Numbered from the stretch's first letter, positions 45,914 to 56,452 are shown. The stretch is DNA of 64,000 nt from an uncultured Gammaproteobacteria bacterium (GCA_964355955.1 CAYHFQ010000001.1:103419-167418), one strand, 5' to 3'. The notes: a model not told the origin generated them from the sequence alone. Program-made: numbers and translations.

Positions 45914-46070
45914 GTCGCTCGCGACTGGCAGAGCAGTCCTCTTCCTAGCTGCACCTCGTCAACCGCACCAGCCGTCTCACCTCGTATGACTCGGGCGCTG
46001 GCGCAGGGCCGAGGCTGGCGTCGTCAGAGGACCACCCTGCCAGTTGCTTGCTCCTACAAGGCTCAGGCTC
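45914..46070. repeat. Family A structured intergenic repeat, copy 3
   Basis: GTCGCTCGC...conserved core...TTGCTTGCTCCTACAAGGCTCAGGCTC. Outer inverted repeat GACTGGCAG..GTCCTCT / AGAGGAC..CTGCCAGTTGC differs from copies 1, 2 and 4 but remains complementary. Confidence 0.65.
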
Positions 46071-47497
46071 TACAATTTACTAGGTGAAACGAGTTGTAAT
46101 AGCTGCTTGGGGCTGGGGCCGCCGAAGAGCGGGAGAGTGAGGAGATAAACGATGACGCCGAAGATGATGGAGAAGGTGACGTGCGGGAGGGGGATGAGCG
46201 TGACAGCGAAGTACATGATAAGGCCAGAAAGTAAGGCGGCGAGGAGGCGTTTGAGGGAGAGTTTTGTTTTGGTGGTAGTGAGAACAACGGCGGCGGTGAT
46301 GAGGGCGATGAGGGTTTCCGAGCCGAGGGTGACCCAGGCGGCGGCGATCATGCCGTAATGGCTGATGCCGTAAATGTAGCCGATGGTAGCGATGATGGCG
46401 ACGAAAAGGTAGCCAAGGATCATGGGGCGTTGTTTGTGAATGGCAACGACGGTGTGACCGAAGAGAGAGCTGACGAAGACGGCAGCAGTGGCGGGGCCGA
46501 GAATGGCGAGAATAGGGCCACCTGAGGCGAGATCGGGGTCGATGAGGGCGAGGAGAGGGCCGCCGAGAGCGATGGCACCGAGGGCATAGGGAACGGCGAG
46601 GAGAACGAGGCCGTCAAAACCGCGTTGGAGGTGTTCGCGGAAGCTCGTGTGATCGCGCTTGGCCCAGGCAAAAGTCATGAGAGGCAACATGAGACCCATG
46701 AACATGACGGGAACGGTAGTTACAACGTCGACAAATTTATAAGCGGCGGCATAGAGACCAATGTCGTGGTCGCCAATGTGGAGAAGTGACATGAAGAAGA
46801 CGTCACCCTTGAGATAAACTAAGTTCAAAGTACTGGAAAGGCCAATAGGCCAGGTGCGCAGGAAAGCGGATTTCCAGATAGTGAGGTCGATTTTTGGTTT
46901 GAGGTGACCAAATTTGAAGACGGCGAAGAGGGTGATGGTGAGTTGGACTAGGCTGCCAACGATGAAGATACTGGCGGCGATGACGATGGAGGGAGCGAAG
47001 AGGGGGAGTAAGGCGGCGAGAACAAAAACAAAGGTGCGGTTGAGAGTTTCCGCGAGGACGACGTAGTGAATAGCTAAGCGTTTTTGAAAGACGCCAGCGA
47101 ACATGGAGGCGACTGAGCCGAAGAAGAAGGAGGCGCAAGAAAGGACGGCGGCCAGTTTTACTTCGGGTGAATAGGGGAAGAAAAATACGAGGGCGGCGCC
47201 GAAACTGAGAAAGAGAAAGGCGGAGAAGAGACGCAAGGTGAGAATGCCACCCAGAATGCGTTTTTCATCGGCTTCGGGTTCCGCGATCATCTGGGCCGTG
47301 GTGAGGGTGAGGCCGAAGTCGACGATGATGGCGAAAATTGAGCCGTAGGTGAGGGCGACGGAGAGGGCACCGAGACCGGCGGTGTGCAAGTATTTGAGGA
47401 GGAGGACAAAGGTAATGAGGGAAAGCGCCGTGCCCAGGCCTTTGCCGATAATCTGGACGAGGGCGTTTTTGGCTAGTTTTTGGTTGAGTTCTGACAT
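46070..47497 (-). CDS. Polysaccharide/oligosaccharide flippase (Wzx/MurJ-like MOP superfamily)
   Basis: 475 aa with ~14 TM helices. N-terminal KNALVQIIGKGLGTALSLITFVLL is typical of Wzx/polysacc_synt proteins. Confidence 0.7.
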   Translation of the reverse strand: MSELNQKLAKNALVQIIGKGLGTALSLITFVLLLKYLHTAGLGALSVALTYGSIFAIIVDFGLTLTTAQMIAEPEADEKRILGGILTLRLFSAFLFLSFGAALVFFFPYSPEVKLAAVLSCASFFFGSVASMFAGVFQKRLAIHYVVLAETLNRTFVFVLAALLPLFAPSIVIAASIFIVGSLVQLTITLFAVFKFGHLKPKIDLTIWKSAFLRTWPIGLSSTLNLVYLKGDVFFMSLLHIGDHDIGLYAAAYKFVDVVTTVPVMFMGLMLPLMTFAWAKRDHTSFREHLQRGFDGLVLLAVPYALGAIALGGPLLALIDPDLASGGPILAILGPATAAVFVSSLFGHTVVAIHKQRPMILGYLFVAIIATIGYIYGISHYGMIAAAWVTLGSETLIALITAAVVLTTTKTKLSLKRLLAALLSGLIMYFAVTLIPLPHVTFSIIFGVIVYLLTLPLFGGPSPKQLLQLVSPSKL

Positions 47498-47569
47498 ATT
47501 AGAATAGACTGAGTATGCCAGTTGCGGGAGATTATGGCTAACTATTTTTAGTGAGACTCACTCTGACTA

Positions 47570-48244
47570 TTACTTAGGCTCTTCGCCGATTAACTCGAGT
47601 CCTGTGAGGCGGGTGATGTTTTTGACTGTTAATCGGGCTTCTTCAATTGAACTATCCCGTAACAATAAGACTTTTTTCGCTCCGTTTATGACGTAGGTAC
47701 AGTAATGTTTTTCGTGTCCCGCTGACCGGTATCTGGCAGAAAATTCCACTCCCATCATTAAGTTATTAAAGTCGCTGACTTTGTGATGGCGTGTAAAGGA
47801 CCAAGGTTTACCTTGCATGATCAGAAAAGTTTTGTCTACGTTGAAGACTACAATGCGGAGTTTCAGTATGCAAAAATAAGTGACTAGGAAAGAGCAGAGG
47901 CTCATGATGAGTGCCCAGATCAGAATTTTAAGGGAGTTTTCTTGTAGGGCGAATAACGGAATATACGTACCGAGTAATAAAAAACCCGTGCCAAAAGCCA
48001 CAAAAAGAAAAGAAGTCTTTTTTCCGTCACAGTAGTAATAAGTAGCAGAATCTTCGATGCTTCGGCCTCGTACAGCAGCTATGGTTAAGAAGACGGCTAT
48101 TGCCAGAAAAACCAGGGCTAACAAATTTCCTCCAGGAAGAGCATAATCAGCTGAAATATTAATATTTCGCAAAAAAGTGATTATTGCTGCGAGTGCGAAG
48201 GTGATGGGTGCAGCGTAGTCACCCGGAGCATGAATTTGTTTCAT
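47570..48244 (-). CDS. Membrane protein with C-terminal bacterial-PH-like domain (hypothetical)
   Basis: Four N-terminal TM helices, then a ~90 aa soluble domain. Confidence 0.5.
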   Translation of the reverse strand: MKQIHAPGDYAAPITFALAAIITFLRNINISADYALPGGNLLALVFLAIAVFLTIAAVRGRSIEDSATYYYCDGKKTSFLFVAFGTGFLLLGTYIPLFALQENSLKILIWALIMSLCSFLVTYFCILKLRIVVFNVDKTFLIMQGKPWSFTRHHKVSDFNNLMMGVEFSARYRSAGHEKHYCTYVINGAKKVLLLRDSSIEEARLTVKNITRLTGLELIGEEPK

Positions 48245-48399
48245 AGCGGGTAGTATAGAGGAATAATTTCAGGATCTCATGTTTGCTCTTTAAGATACAT
48301 CGAAAAATCGAACTTGGAAACACCTCGAGGTGAGTAAGGTAGGGAATATAAAATTTAGTGGATAAGTAATGCAAGAGAAAGTGCTATAATGAAGGGACT

Positions 48400-50271
48400 A
48401 TGTTGCAATGTTTCAAGCGAGTAGGTATTTTAGGGCTTGGGTTAGCTATGACCATGGGATTATTGTTGCCGGGAATGACACAGGCGGCGACGTCGATACC
48501 AGTGTTGGCGGCAATGCGGGTGACGACATCGGGTAATGGGACGTTGACGATGGCGCCAGGGGAAACTAAGGATGTGACGGTGACTTGGCAGAATATTGGT
48601 ACGCAGACGTGGAGTAATACGGGTGCTGGTTATGTTTCTTTATATACTTATGGACCGAAATATCGGGTAAGTCAGTTTGCGCCGTCGACGTGGTTGTCCG
48701 CTAGCCAAGTACAAAAGATTAAAGAGGCGACCGTGAAGAGTAAGGGTACGGCAACGGTGTCGTTTCAGTTGAAGGCGCCAACAACAGAAGGTAAGTTTAG
48801 TGAAACTTTTGCGTTGGCGTCGGAGAGTACAGCTTGGATTACGGGCGGTGATTTTACTTTAACTGTGAACGTGGCTAAGCCAGTGCCAGTGGTGGCTAAG
48901 ACTACAACGACTACGACTGCGCCCGTGGTGACGGCAGCGGATGCCGGCTTGAAGGCAGCGCTTGCCATGCAGTCGGCGAATAAGGTGAAGGCTAAGGCTG
49001 GAAAGACGGTGTCGTTGTCAGCTGGATTTACAAATACTGGGAGCAAGACCTGGACGAGTTATGGTTTGCAAACACCGGACGTCAGTGTGGCGTCGACCAG
49101 TAATGTGTCGTTTACTAATTCGACGTGGGTCGGTAGTAAATTGGCTTATGTAAGTGGGGCGGCGGTGAAACCAGGCGAAACGGCTTATGTGAGTTTTGCT
49201 ATTACGGCACCGGGCGTGAATGGCACGCATTCGGCGAAGTTTCAGTTTACGGCGAATGATGTGACCGTGAGTGAGGCCGTGATTGAGATTCCAGTAATGG
49301 TAACGGATGGTCGGAACGAGGTTGTGAACGTGGCAGAGGGAGCGACAACGTCAGTGCCTGCCGTAAATGAAGATGATGCCATTTTGGGTAACGAGATTGC
49401 GGAACCGGTGGTACGGGTTGGCGTGTTGATTGTGGATGAGGAGACGGATAACCAGGTGGTGATTACGAGCAATGAGAGTGATTTTACGGTGACTGATACG
49501 AACGGCAATTTATTAGCGGAAATGACTAAAGGCAAGAAAATGACGGCGGCTTGGGATGGTACGCGCTACACTTTTGACCGTGGGAATGGATTAGAGAAGT
49601 CGACCTATCCTCTGCGCTTTGTGCCGAAGATAGCAAATGCGGTGATGTTGGTAGCTAATTTTGATCGAACCGTTACCCGCGGTAGCAGCAATGCTGATAA
49701 TACTTTTCGCAACGTGTTGGAGTTGCGTTATAACGACGTGAAGTCGCGTAGTTGGTTGATTAATGAGTTGCCAATGGAGTTTTATTTGAAGGGTTTGGCT
49801 GAGACTTCCAATGTTTCTCATATTGAGTTTCAGAAAGCGTTGATCACGGCGGCCAGAACTTATGCGTTTTACCACTGGACGCGAAATACTAAGCATGACG
49901 GTGAAGGTTTTCACGTCGACGCTTATTCCGATCAGGTTTATAAAGGTCATGGGCAAGAGGTGAGGACGCCGCGCTTGAGTCAGGCGGTGGATGCAACACG
50001 AGGTGAGATTGTGACGTATAACGGTGAGACGGCGATTACGGCTTATTTCTCGAGGAGTGCTGGTAAGACGCTTGATTGGAGCGAAGTGTGGGGTGGTAAT
50101 GTGCCGTGGAGCAAGAGTGTGCCGGTGCCGTGCGATGTTGGTAAGACGCTGTGGGGACATGGCATTGGGATGTCGGCTTCGGGAGCCTTGTGTATGGCGA
50201 ATGACGGCAAGTTGTGGGAGGAAATTATCAAATACTTCTATACTGGCGTTGCCTTAGATAAGAGATGGTAG
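48400..50271 (+). CDS. SpoIID/LytB-domain protein with N-terminal Ig-like (CARDB-like) repeats
   Basis: Signal peptide. C-terminal SpoIID/LytB motifs (LKGLAETSNVSHIEFQKALITAARTYAFYH, TAYFSRSAGKT, HGIGMSASGA). Confidence 0.75.
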   Translation: MLQCFKRVGILGLGLAMTMGLLLPGMTQAATSIPVLAAMRVTTSGNGTLTMAPGETKDVTVTWQNIGTQTWSNTGAGYVSLYTYGPKYRVSQFAPSTWLSASQVQKIKEATVKSKGTATVSFQLKAPTTEGKFSETFALASESTAWITGGDFTLTVNVAKPVPVVAKTTTTTTAPVVTAADAGLKAALAMQSANKVKAKAGKTVSLSAGFTNTGSKTWTSYGLQTPDVSVASTSNVSFTNSTWVGSKLAYVSGAAVKPGETAYVSFAITAPGVNGTHSAKFQFTANDVTVSEAVIEIPVMVTDGRNEVVNVAEGATTSVPAVNEDDAILGNEIAEPVVRVGVLIVDEETDNQVVITSNESDFTVTDTNGNLLAEMTKGKKMTAAWDGTRYTFDRGNGLEKSTYPLRFVPKIANAVMLVANFDRTVTRGSSNADNTFRNVLELRYNDVKSRSWLINELPMEFYLKGLAETSNVSHIEFQKALITAARTYAFYHWTRNTKHDGEGFHVDAYSDQVYKGHGQEVRTPRLSQAVDATRGEIVTYNGETAITAYFSRSAGKTLDWSEVWGGNVPWSKSVPVPCDVGKTLWGHGIGMSASGALCMANDGKLWEEIIKYFYTGVALDKRW

Positions 50272-50274
50272 GTT

Positions 50275-51327
50275 ATGAATAAAGTTATCGTGATCGCTTT
50301 GTTTGCCATTTTCAGTGCTTCGTTCGCGAAGTCTGCTTTGGCAGTGAGTCCGCTTGAGGCTATTTATGCGGCCAGACCAGATTTGCAGAAGGCGTTTGAT
50401 AAGACAGAACAGCATGAGGCGATTACGGGATCCGCAGCTGGTTTTTTGATGAATTTAGAGGATTGGGCTAGGCAGTATGGTTGGCAGACACACCTAGAGC
50501 TAGATATGTACAAGCCGGTTGGTACAATACCGGCCAGGTTGGCGAAGGCTGGAGCTCAGCCGAAGGTGACGGCGGCGAAGTACGTGGTGATTGATGATGC
50601 TAGTGGTGAAATTTTGGCCGCGAATAAGGCTGGTGAGATTTGGCCGATAGCATCTATTACGAAATTGATGACGACGGGATTGGCACTCGATAGCGGACTT
50701 GATGTTGGTGGCGTGGGAGATGTTAAGATGAGTGACGAGGTGGGAGGAGCGAGATTGAATGTGGTGAATGGAACGAAGTTCATGATTCGTGATTTGTTGG
50801 CGGCGACGTTGGTTGGCTCGGCCAATAATGCGGCGAATGCGGTGGCGCGGTTAACGGGATTATCGAAAACAGATTTTGTGACGGCTATGAATGCTAGAGC
50901 GACTAAGCTTGGCTTGGCACAGACGCAGTTTGTCGACCCAACAGGAATTGAGTTAGGTAACGTGTCGACAGCACGAGAGGTGGCGTATTTTGCTAAAAAG
51001 GCTTTTGATAATGAAAATATTCGACATTTTGCGGGGTCGTCCAGAATTCATCTGGCGGCTTTGAATGATGCCAACTATGTGCGAGATATAGCGAGTACAA
51101 ACTGGATGCTCTATAACTCGGCGTATGATGATTTTTACGTAACAGCAGGTAAGACTGGTTTTTTGAATGAGTCCGGTTGGAACGCGGTGGTGCAGTTGCA
51201 CCCGATGAGCGATAAAGATGCGCGACGTTCGCTGACTGTTGTTGTGCTGGGGGCTGAAAGTAGGCGAGCTAGTTTTGATGATGTGGCGGCGTTAGCGAAA
51301 AGCGCGTGGAGTAACTTTAGTTGGTAA
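50275..51327 (+). CDS. D-alanyl-D-alanine carboxypeptidase (peptidase S11)
   Basis: SxxK (ASITKLMT), SxN (GSANNAAN) and KTG (GKTGFL) motifs. Confidence 0.8.
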   Translation: MNKVIVIALFAIFSASFAKSALAVSPLEAIYAARPDLQKAFDKTEQHEAITGSAAGFLMNLEDWARQYGWQTHLELDMYKPVGTIPARLAKAGAQPKVTAAKYVVIDDASGEILAANKAGEIWPIASITKLMTTGLALDSGLDVGGVGDVKMSDEVGGARLNVVNGTKFMIRDLLAATLVGSANNAANAVARLTGLSKTDFVTAMNARATKLGLAQTQFVDPTGIELGNVSTAREVAYFAKKAFDNENIRHFAGSSRIHLAALNDANYVRDIASTNWMLYNSAYDDFYVTAGKTGFLNESGWNAVVQLHPMSDKDARRSLTVVVLGAESRRASFDDVAALAKSAWSNFSW

Positions 51328-51410
51328 CCGCAAATGACAAAGTCTGTAAGCCTTGGCAGGGTTAAAAGGTTAGTGTATGATTTTGTCATACAGTTAAATT
51401 AGACAAGAAT

Positions 51411-51629
51411 ATGCGCTCGGTTATTTCTATTTCGTTACCAGCCACGATTACAAAAAGTATTGAACAAGACATGAAGACAGAACATTTTGCTTCAAAAAGT
51501 GAGTTTTTTAGGCACTTATATAGAGATTGGAGAGCCGCTAAGTTGGCTAGAGAATTTGCTGAAGAAGATAAAAATCTTAAACCTGGTGATACTAAAGTGA
51601 TGAAGAAAGTGACCGATCTTTGGGCGTAA
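51411..51629 (+). CDS. Putative antitoxin (RHH/ParD-like) of a RelE/StbE-family pair
   Basis: 72 aa, immediately upstream of the toxin gene and overlapping it. ISLPATITKSIEQDMKTEHFASKSEFFRHL is consistent with a ribbon-helix-helix antitoxin. Confidence 0.5.
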   Translation: MRSVISISLPATITKSIEQDMKTEHFASKSEFFRHLYRDWRAAKLAREFAEEDKNLKPGDTKVMKKVTDLWA

Positions 51630-51631
51630 TT

Positions 51632-51889
51632 ATGATTATTTCCACGAAGCCAAGGTTTCGTCGAGAGGCCAAGAAGTTGCCAGATACTATTAAGGAAATT
51701 CTTGGAGAAAAGATTTTAATATTTCAAGAAGATGTATACGATAATCGGCTACATACTCATAAACTGAAGGGAAGTCTGGCGAGGTTTTGGGCGTTTTCAC
51801 TAAATGCAAAGTTTAGAGTGATGTTTGAATTTATCGATGATGACGAGGTGACGCTGCGATCTGTTGGCGATCATAGTATTTATGACTAG
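51632..51889 (+). CDS. RelE/StbE-family type II toxin (mRNA interferase)
   Basis: HTHKLKGSLARFWAFSLNAKFRVMFEFIDDDEVTLRSVGDHSIYD matches the RelE/StbE C-terminal consensus (LKG.L.G.W..R....YR.I...D.....I...GHR...Y). The track starts at TTG 51620. ATG 51632 is preferred. Confidence 0.65.
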   Translation: MIISTKPRFRREAKKLPDTIKEILGEKILIFQEDVYDNRLHTHKLKGSLARFWAFSLNAKFRVMFEFIDDDEVTLRSVGDHSIYD

Positions 51890-51903
51890 ATTATTGTGGT
51901 AGA

Positions 51904-54900
51904 ATGAGGGTAATACTCATCATGTTTTTTGGTATGTCAGATTTTTCGGATCGGGGTCATGATCAGCCGGTGTTTGTTGATGATGAGGAGAAGAATGAAA
52001 GACTGGCTGCTGAAAAGGCGCTGGCGTGGTTGAAGGCTATTTTAAGACAGACAGATGCACGAATGATCACGGCTGAGTCTTTGGAGAGGGCATTAACAGA
52101 TGCACCAGAGGCTGAGGTGGCCGATATTTTGCAGCAAAAAGTGACAGATTTGATGCTGGAGGTTTATTATTCGTCGGGAAATACCGGACAAGTAAAGGGA
52201 AGTGAAGATGCAGTGCAAATATATTTAGCTTTCTTGGATGCCTCGACTGCTATGACGCCGCATGAGTTTAGTGCGGTTGAGCGTTTACATCATGAGTTGA
52301 AACATCATTTCTCGCAGTTAGCAATGTTAAAGCCAAGAAATAAAGAAGATGAGGCCATTATTCATCATTTGGAGTGGGTGAAGAATAAGTTTGAGGCGGC
52401 AGCTGGAGATTTTGCGGAAGCTAAGGAGTTTGTGGCGGCGAGTGTGAAGGGTGATTTAGTCGGTGATATTAAAGAGCGAATGGCACATGAGGCGGATGAA
52501 ATAGCTGAGGGGCGCGAATTATCACTGAACGAACAAATAAGTGTGGATCGTTTAAGGAGTAGTTTAGATTCTGTTTTTTTTGCTACTGAGCCTGACGAGA
52601 AGGAGGCTAACCCAGAAAGTTTGATTAAGGATTTGCATGATTTAGGACAACACAAGGAAGTTATTGAGGTAATATCAGCTGTCAACGTGTATGTGCGAGA
52701 TTTTCTTGCACTACCATTAGAGGATCAGAGTTATCGCGATGTCAGATATTTCTATAAGTTAATGTTGAATGATTTAGTGGTCTTGTCGACTATTTATAAG
52801 GTTTTGAAGTCAGAAGAAAGAGAAGTCGCGAATAGTTTGAAGGCGATTATTGAGGAAAAGATGCCGGAAGTAGAAAAATTAGTGGCTCAGTTTGCAGCTG
52901 ATAAAGAAATACAATTGGAGGATAAGGTAGATAAGTATAAGGATGATTTTGATAATTGTATATTTAATCCGTCAGAAGAAGCCATTAAGGTTTTTAAACC
53001 GGCAATTGAAGGATTGCAAAATTTGCAGCGTGAAGACGTTGTGCTCGAATTATTGCAGGACCAAATAAGTGAGGCGAAGATGTTTTTTGATAAGACGTAT
53101 GATTTAGAATGGTTACAAAAGTGGTTGGAGAAGTCTCACGCTCGGTTAGAATTGCTAGATAGTTTGGGCGATATAAAAATATCTGAGGAGGAAGCTCAAT
53201 TGTTAGAGGAACTGCGTCGTTGTTGGATAGAAAAAATGCAGGATACGCAAAAACTGATAGAGCGAATAATAGCGGAGGATGAGAATCAAGTGGAAGAGGC
53301 TATGAAATTGAAGAAAGCACAGGGTTCGTTGCTTGGTACTCTTGGTAAACATGCTGGTAGGTTAGAGGCTGGAGAAAAGGCAGAATTGACGGCGGAGCAG
53401 GGTAAATTGTTGGGTTTGTTGAGGAGGCATGAGGATAAGATCGAGATGAGTGAGGTGCCAGAGCAGATTAATTTGTCGGAAGCAGAGGCGCTAAAACTGC
53501 AGGGAAGATTGTTTCTATTTGTGTTACAGAAAAATGTTGGTGAATTACAAAAAACTGTTGATTTATTACGTATAGGTAAGAGGTCAGATTTAGTGCTACA
53601 GGAAATTTCGGAAGAAAGAGGCAGGGCTATACTGTCCGATTTCGTTATTGGCTCAGGCGAGCATATTAACGTGTGGTTAAAGATCAATAATTTAACAGTT
53701 GGTGAACGGGCAGCTCTGCAAGATTGGCAAGATTATGTGGAGATAAAAAAGAGAATGTGGGATAGTAATTCAGCGCGGCATAAGGCTGAGTACGAAGCAG
53801 AGCAAGAAATGAATAAGGCTAGTAGATTAGCTGATTTTAAGCGTTGGTTGAGTGGTGAGGAGGAAGGTGATAAAGGTTTTGCGCAAGGTTGTTTAAATGA
53901 TTTACACGGTCAAAAACAGTTTGCAGCGGTAGAGCAGTTGCTGCAAAAAGAGCTACGTTCAGTTGGTATAGAAGGTATTAGAGATTTCTTAGTGAGTGAA
54001 GATGCTGAAAAAATTGCTGCTTGGATCAAGAGAACCAAAAATGTACTGGCGGTATTTGATGCGATTAGTGAGGACTATAAGCAGCCGAATGAGCGAGCTA
54101 TTGAGTTGTTGTACCGTCAGAAAACTCAATTCACCTTGCCGAGAATGGAGAGCAGGTTGCAGACAGTGTTGAAGGGTCAGACTAAGGAAGCTGTAGAAAA
54201 AAAAGAGGTGGATGATTTAGCTAAACAATTAGATAGGGCATTAATTGGTGATCACTCTGGTGTATTAAACGCCCTAAATTATGTCGAAAAATTGATTGCT
54301 AAGGGACAACGAAGAGAAATTGAGGGATCATTAGTTTGGCTGGTGGAAGGACTTAATAATGAGGTTGGAATGAACCGAATACTGGAAAGTGGAAAAGCTG
54401 GTATCGCTCTTGAACTAGAAAAGCGGGCACGTGTTCTAACGGAGCTCGCTAACCTGGATCATATATTGAATGGTGAAGAAAAGAAGATAGTCGAACGTTA
54501 TAAGACCTTGGAAAAGCCAGGAACGCAGTTATTGAAGGATAAATTAGAGGCGTTAAGGGCAGCGGAGACCGAAATGTTGTTGGATAAGTGGGCTCATGCT
54601 TTGTACGATGATGATGCGAATATTGAATTTGCTAAATCGTTGTTGTATTCGTTGCATGAGAATAAAGCATTTGAAGATGCAGCGTGGAAATTACGTAATG
54701 AAGTGCGTCTTCAGTTAGATGACGCGAGAACGGCTATTGAATCTGGTGGCATTGAAGAGGTTAACGGTTGGTTGAAACATCAGGAACATTTGTTAGGTAT
54801 TTTTGGAGTAATCGCAAATTTTGCAACTTCAGATGAAAAGGCGGTGGAGAAGGAATATACAGAGGATGCGCAAATTTTGGAAGTGCAGATTAAGGCCAAG

Positions 54901-55251
54901 AGAGACAAACTGCTCGGTAAGAAATTAGTGGATGTAAAGCCAGTAGATAAGGTGGCGGGTGGAGCAGCAGAAAAGAAGGAACTAAGCGATGAAGAGCGTC
55001 GTGAGATTGTGACTACGCAATTGAGTTTAGGGAGTTTTGGTTATGCTGAGCAGTTGCTAGCAAAATGGTGGCCGGATAATGAGCGTTGGTTCACTGATTC
55101 AGAACTGAGACAGGCGGCGCAAGAAGGGATTGAGAAACAATGGAAGGAAAAGCCGCTCATGAGGTCGATTTTGGAGAAGTTTATTAAAAAGTTTGAACTA
55201 TATACGCCGGTTGAACCGAAGCCCGTGAGGAAGAGTAAGAAGAATATTTAA
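51904..55251 (+). CDS. Very large hypothetical protein (1115 aa), Glu/Lys/Leu-rich helical
   Basis: Uninterrupted 3.3 kb ORF with coding-like periodicity. No catalytic motif recognised. No signal peptide. Confidence 0.6.
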   Translation: MRVILIMFFGMSDFSDRGHDQPVFVDDEEKNERLAAEKALAWLKAILRQTDARMITAESLERALTDAPEAEVADILQQKVTDLMLEVYYSSGNTGQVKGSEDAVQIYLAFLDASTAMTPHEFSAVERLHHELKHHFSQLAMLKPRNKEDEAIIHHLEWVKNKFEAAAGDFAEAKEFVAASVKGDLVGDIKERMAHEADEIAEGRELSLNEQISVDRLRSSLDSVFFATEPDEKEANPESLIKDLHDLGQHKEVIEVISAVNVYVRDFLALPLEDQSYRDVRYFYKLMLNDLVVLSTIYKVLKSEEREVANSLKAIIEEKMPEVEKLVAQFAADKEIQLEDKVDKYKDDFDNCIFNPSEEAIKVFKPAIEGLQNLQREDVVLELLQDQISEAKMFFDKTYDLEWLQKWLEKSHARLELLDSLGDIKISEEEAQLLEELRRCWIEKMQDTQKLIERIIAEDENQVEEAMKLKKAQGSLLGTLGKHAGRLEAGEKAELTAEQGKLLGLLRRHEDKIEMSEVPEQINLSEAEALKLQGRLFLFVLQKNVGELQKTVDLLRIGKRSDLVLQEISEERGRAILSDFVIGSGEHINVWLKINNLTVGERAALQDWQDYVEIKKRMWDSNSARHKAEYEAEQEMNKASRLADFKRWLSGEEEGDKGFAQGCLNDLHGQKQFAAVEQLLQKELRSVGIEGIRDFLVSEDAEKIAAWIKRTKNVLAVFDAISEDYKQPNERAIELLYRQKTQFTLPRMESRLQTVLKGQTKEAVEKKEVDDLAKQLDRALIGDHSGVLNALNYVEKLIAKGQRREIEGSLVWLVEGLNNEVGMNRILESGKAGIALELEKRARVLTELANLDHILNGEEKKIVERYKTLEKPGTQLLKDKLEALRAAETEMLLDKWAHALYDDDANIEFAKSLLYSLHENKAFEDAAWKLRNEVRLQLDDARTAIESGGIEEVNGWLKHQEHLLGIFGVIANFATSDEKAVEKEYTEDAQILEVQIKAKRDKLLGKKLVDVKPVDKVAGGAAEKKELSDEERREIVTTQLSLGSFGYAEQLLAKWWPDNERWFTDSELRQAAQEGIEKQWKEKPLMRSILEKFIKKFELYTPVEPKPVRKSKKNI

Positions 55252-55252
55252 T

Positions 55253-55383
55253 GCTCGCAACCGCCATTTCTCCTCTTCCTAGCTGCGCCTCGTCAACCGC
55301 ACCACCCGTCTCACCTCGTATGACTCGGGCGGTGGCGCAGGGCCGAGGCTGGCGTCGTCATAGGAGAAATGGCAGTCGCTCGC
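55253..55383. repeat. Family A structured intergenic repeat, copy 4
   Basis: Starts right after the stop of 51904..55251. Outer IR CCATTTCTCCTCT / ATAGGAGAAATGG and inner IR GCACCACC / GGTGGCGC each differ from copy 1 by paired complementary substitutions. Confidence 0.7.
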
Positions 55384-55434
55384 TGAAACCAAGTGAAATA
55401 CAAAAGCTCGGCTGAGGCCGGGCTTTTTGGTGTT

Positions 55435-56049
55435 CTAAGTGAGGTGACTGGTTGGCGGCTCGGTGGGAATAGCGTGAGATGGTGTGCGTTCTTCGTGTTC
55501 CAGGAGGGAAGCGTCGCCACGGCGGTGCTTACAGTCAGCTACGAGTTTGGCGATGGTGAGTTTGATGTCGTCGGGGTTGTCGATGTTTTTGAATTGAAAA
55601 CGCTCACGTTCGGCAGCAGTTTGAATGAAGACATTGCCATAAGTGAGAAAAGTGCCAAGAAAACCATTAGTTTCACTGGTGATATCCTGTACCTGGTTGA
55701 GGCGCAGTTCGGACACGGTGCGAGAGAAGAGGCCGTGTTGTTCAATGTTGATGACGCGTTCTGTGGTGACAATCCAGACGTCGAGGAAATAGTCAGTGAT
55801 TTGAGCCATGGTAATGACGGCGACGACCAACATGTAGCAACCGAGGAGCAGAGTGAGGGCCGGACCCCAGAATGGCTGGCTCATGATGGTGAGGTGACCG
55901 AGTTTGATAGCACCCCAGATGGCAAAGGGGACGATGGTCATGGCGAGGGTAAAGAAAAAGGCGCTGGCCAAGTCGAGCCAGAAGCGACGAAGGAAAAGTA
56001 CGGTGACCTCACCGCTTTCTTGGTTTGGAAGGGCTTTTAAGCTGATCAT
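55435..56049 (-). CDS. bPH_2/YdbS-like (DUF304) membrane protein
   Basis: Two TM helices followed by a PH-like domain, the pattern of the YdbS/YdbT family. Confidence 0.6.
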   Translation of the reverse strand: MISLKALPNQESGEVTVLFLRRFWLDLASAFFFTLAMTIVPFAIWGAIKLGHLTIMSQPFWGPALTLLLGCYMLVVAVITMAQITDYFLDVWIVTTERVINIEQHGLFSRTVSELRLNQVQDITSETNGFLGTFLTYGNVFIQTAAERERFQFKNIDNPDDIKLTIAKLVADCKHRRGDASLLEHEERTPSHAIPTEPPTSHLT

Positions 56050-56324
56050 AGGCCGAAGGTTGAAGTGCTACTGCCAGAGAAGGGTAAAATTTCGATGACG
56101 GTGACGTTGTGCTGCCAGTCGATGTTGCTGACCATGACACCAACGACGCCGAGTACAGCTAGGTAACCACCAAAGTAGAGAAGAAGAATGACGGTGGTGC
56201 CGAAAGATTGCATGCCGAATTTAGCAATGTGGTAAATGTTGAAAAACATGTAAACGGTGGTGGCGAGCAGAATGACGGAGAAGGGTATCAGGAGATACCA
56301 GAGGGGGAAATGAAGGGTGTTCAT
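56046..56324 (-). CDS. Small membrane protein (92 aa, 3 TM)
   Basis: Hydrophobic ORF that overlaps the stop of the downstream gene by 4 nt (operonic). Confidence 0.5.
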   Translation of the reverse strand: MNTLHFPLWYLLIPFSVILLATTVYMFFNIYHIAKFGMQSFGTTVILLLYFGGYLAVLGVVGVMVSNIDWQHNVTVIEILPFSGSSTSTFGL

Positions 56325-56452
56325 ACGTGATCATTAAGCCTTAATTTGTGGGTCCTGCCGCTGCGGACCCCGTTCGGTGCTCGCAAGCTGCGCGCCGCCC
56401 GGGGACCTCCCTCCGCGTCACCCACTAAAGGATTTCACGGTCATCGGCTTAA

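Noticed and set aside
14322-55383. Idea that family A repeats are integron attC sites, since structure is conserved and orientation is uniform
   Set aside because: The copies share a long near-identical core sequence, unlike attC sites. They are 10-17 kb apart rather than flanking single cassettes, and no intI is present.
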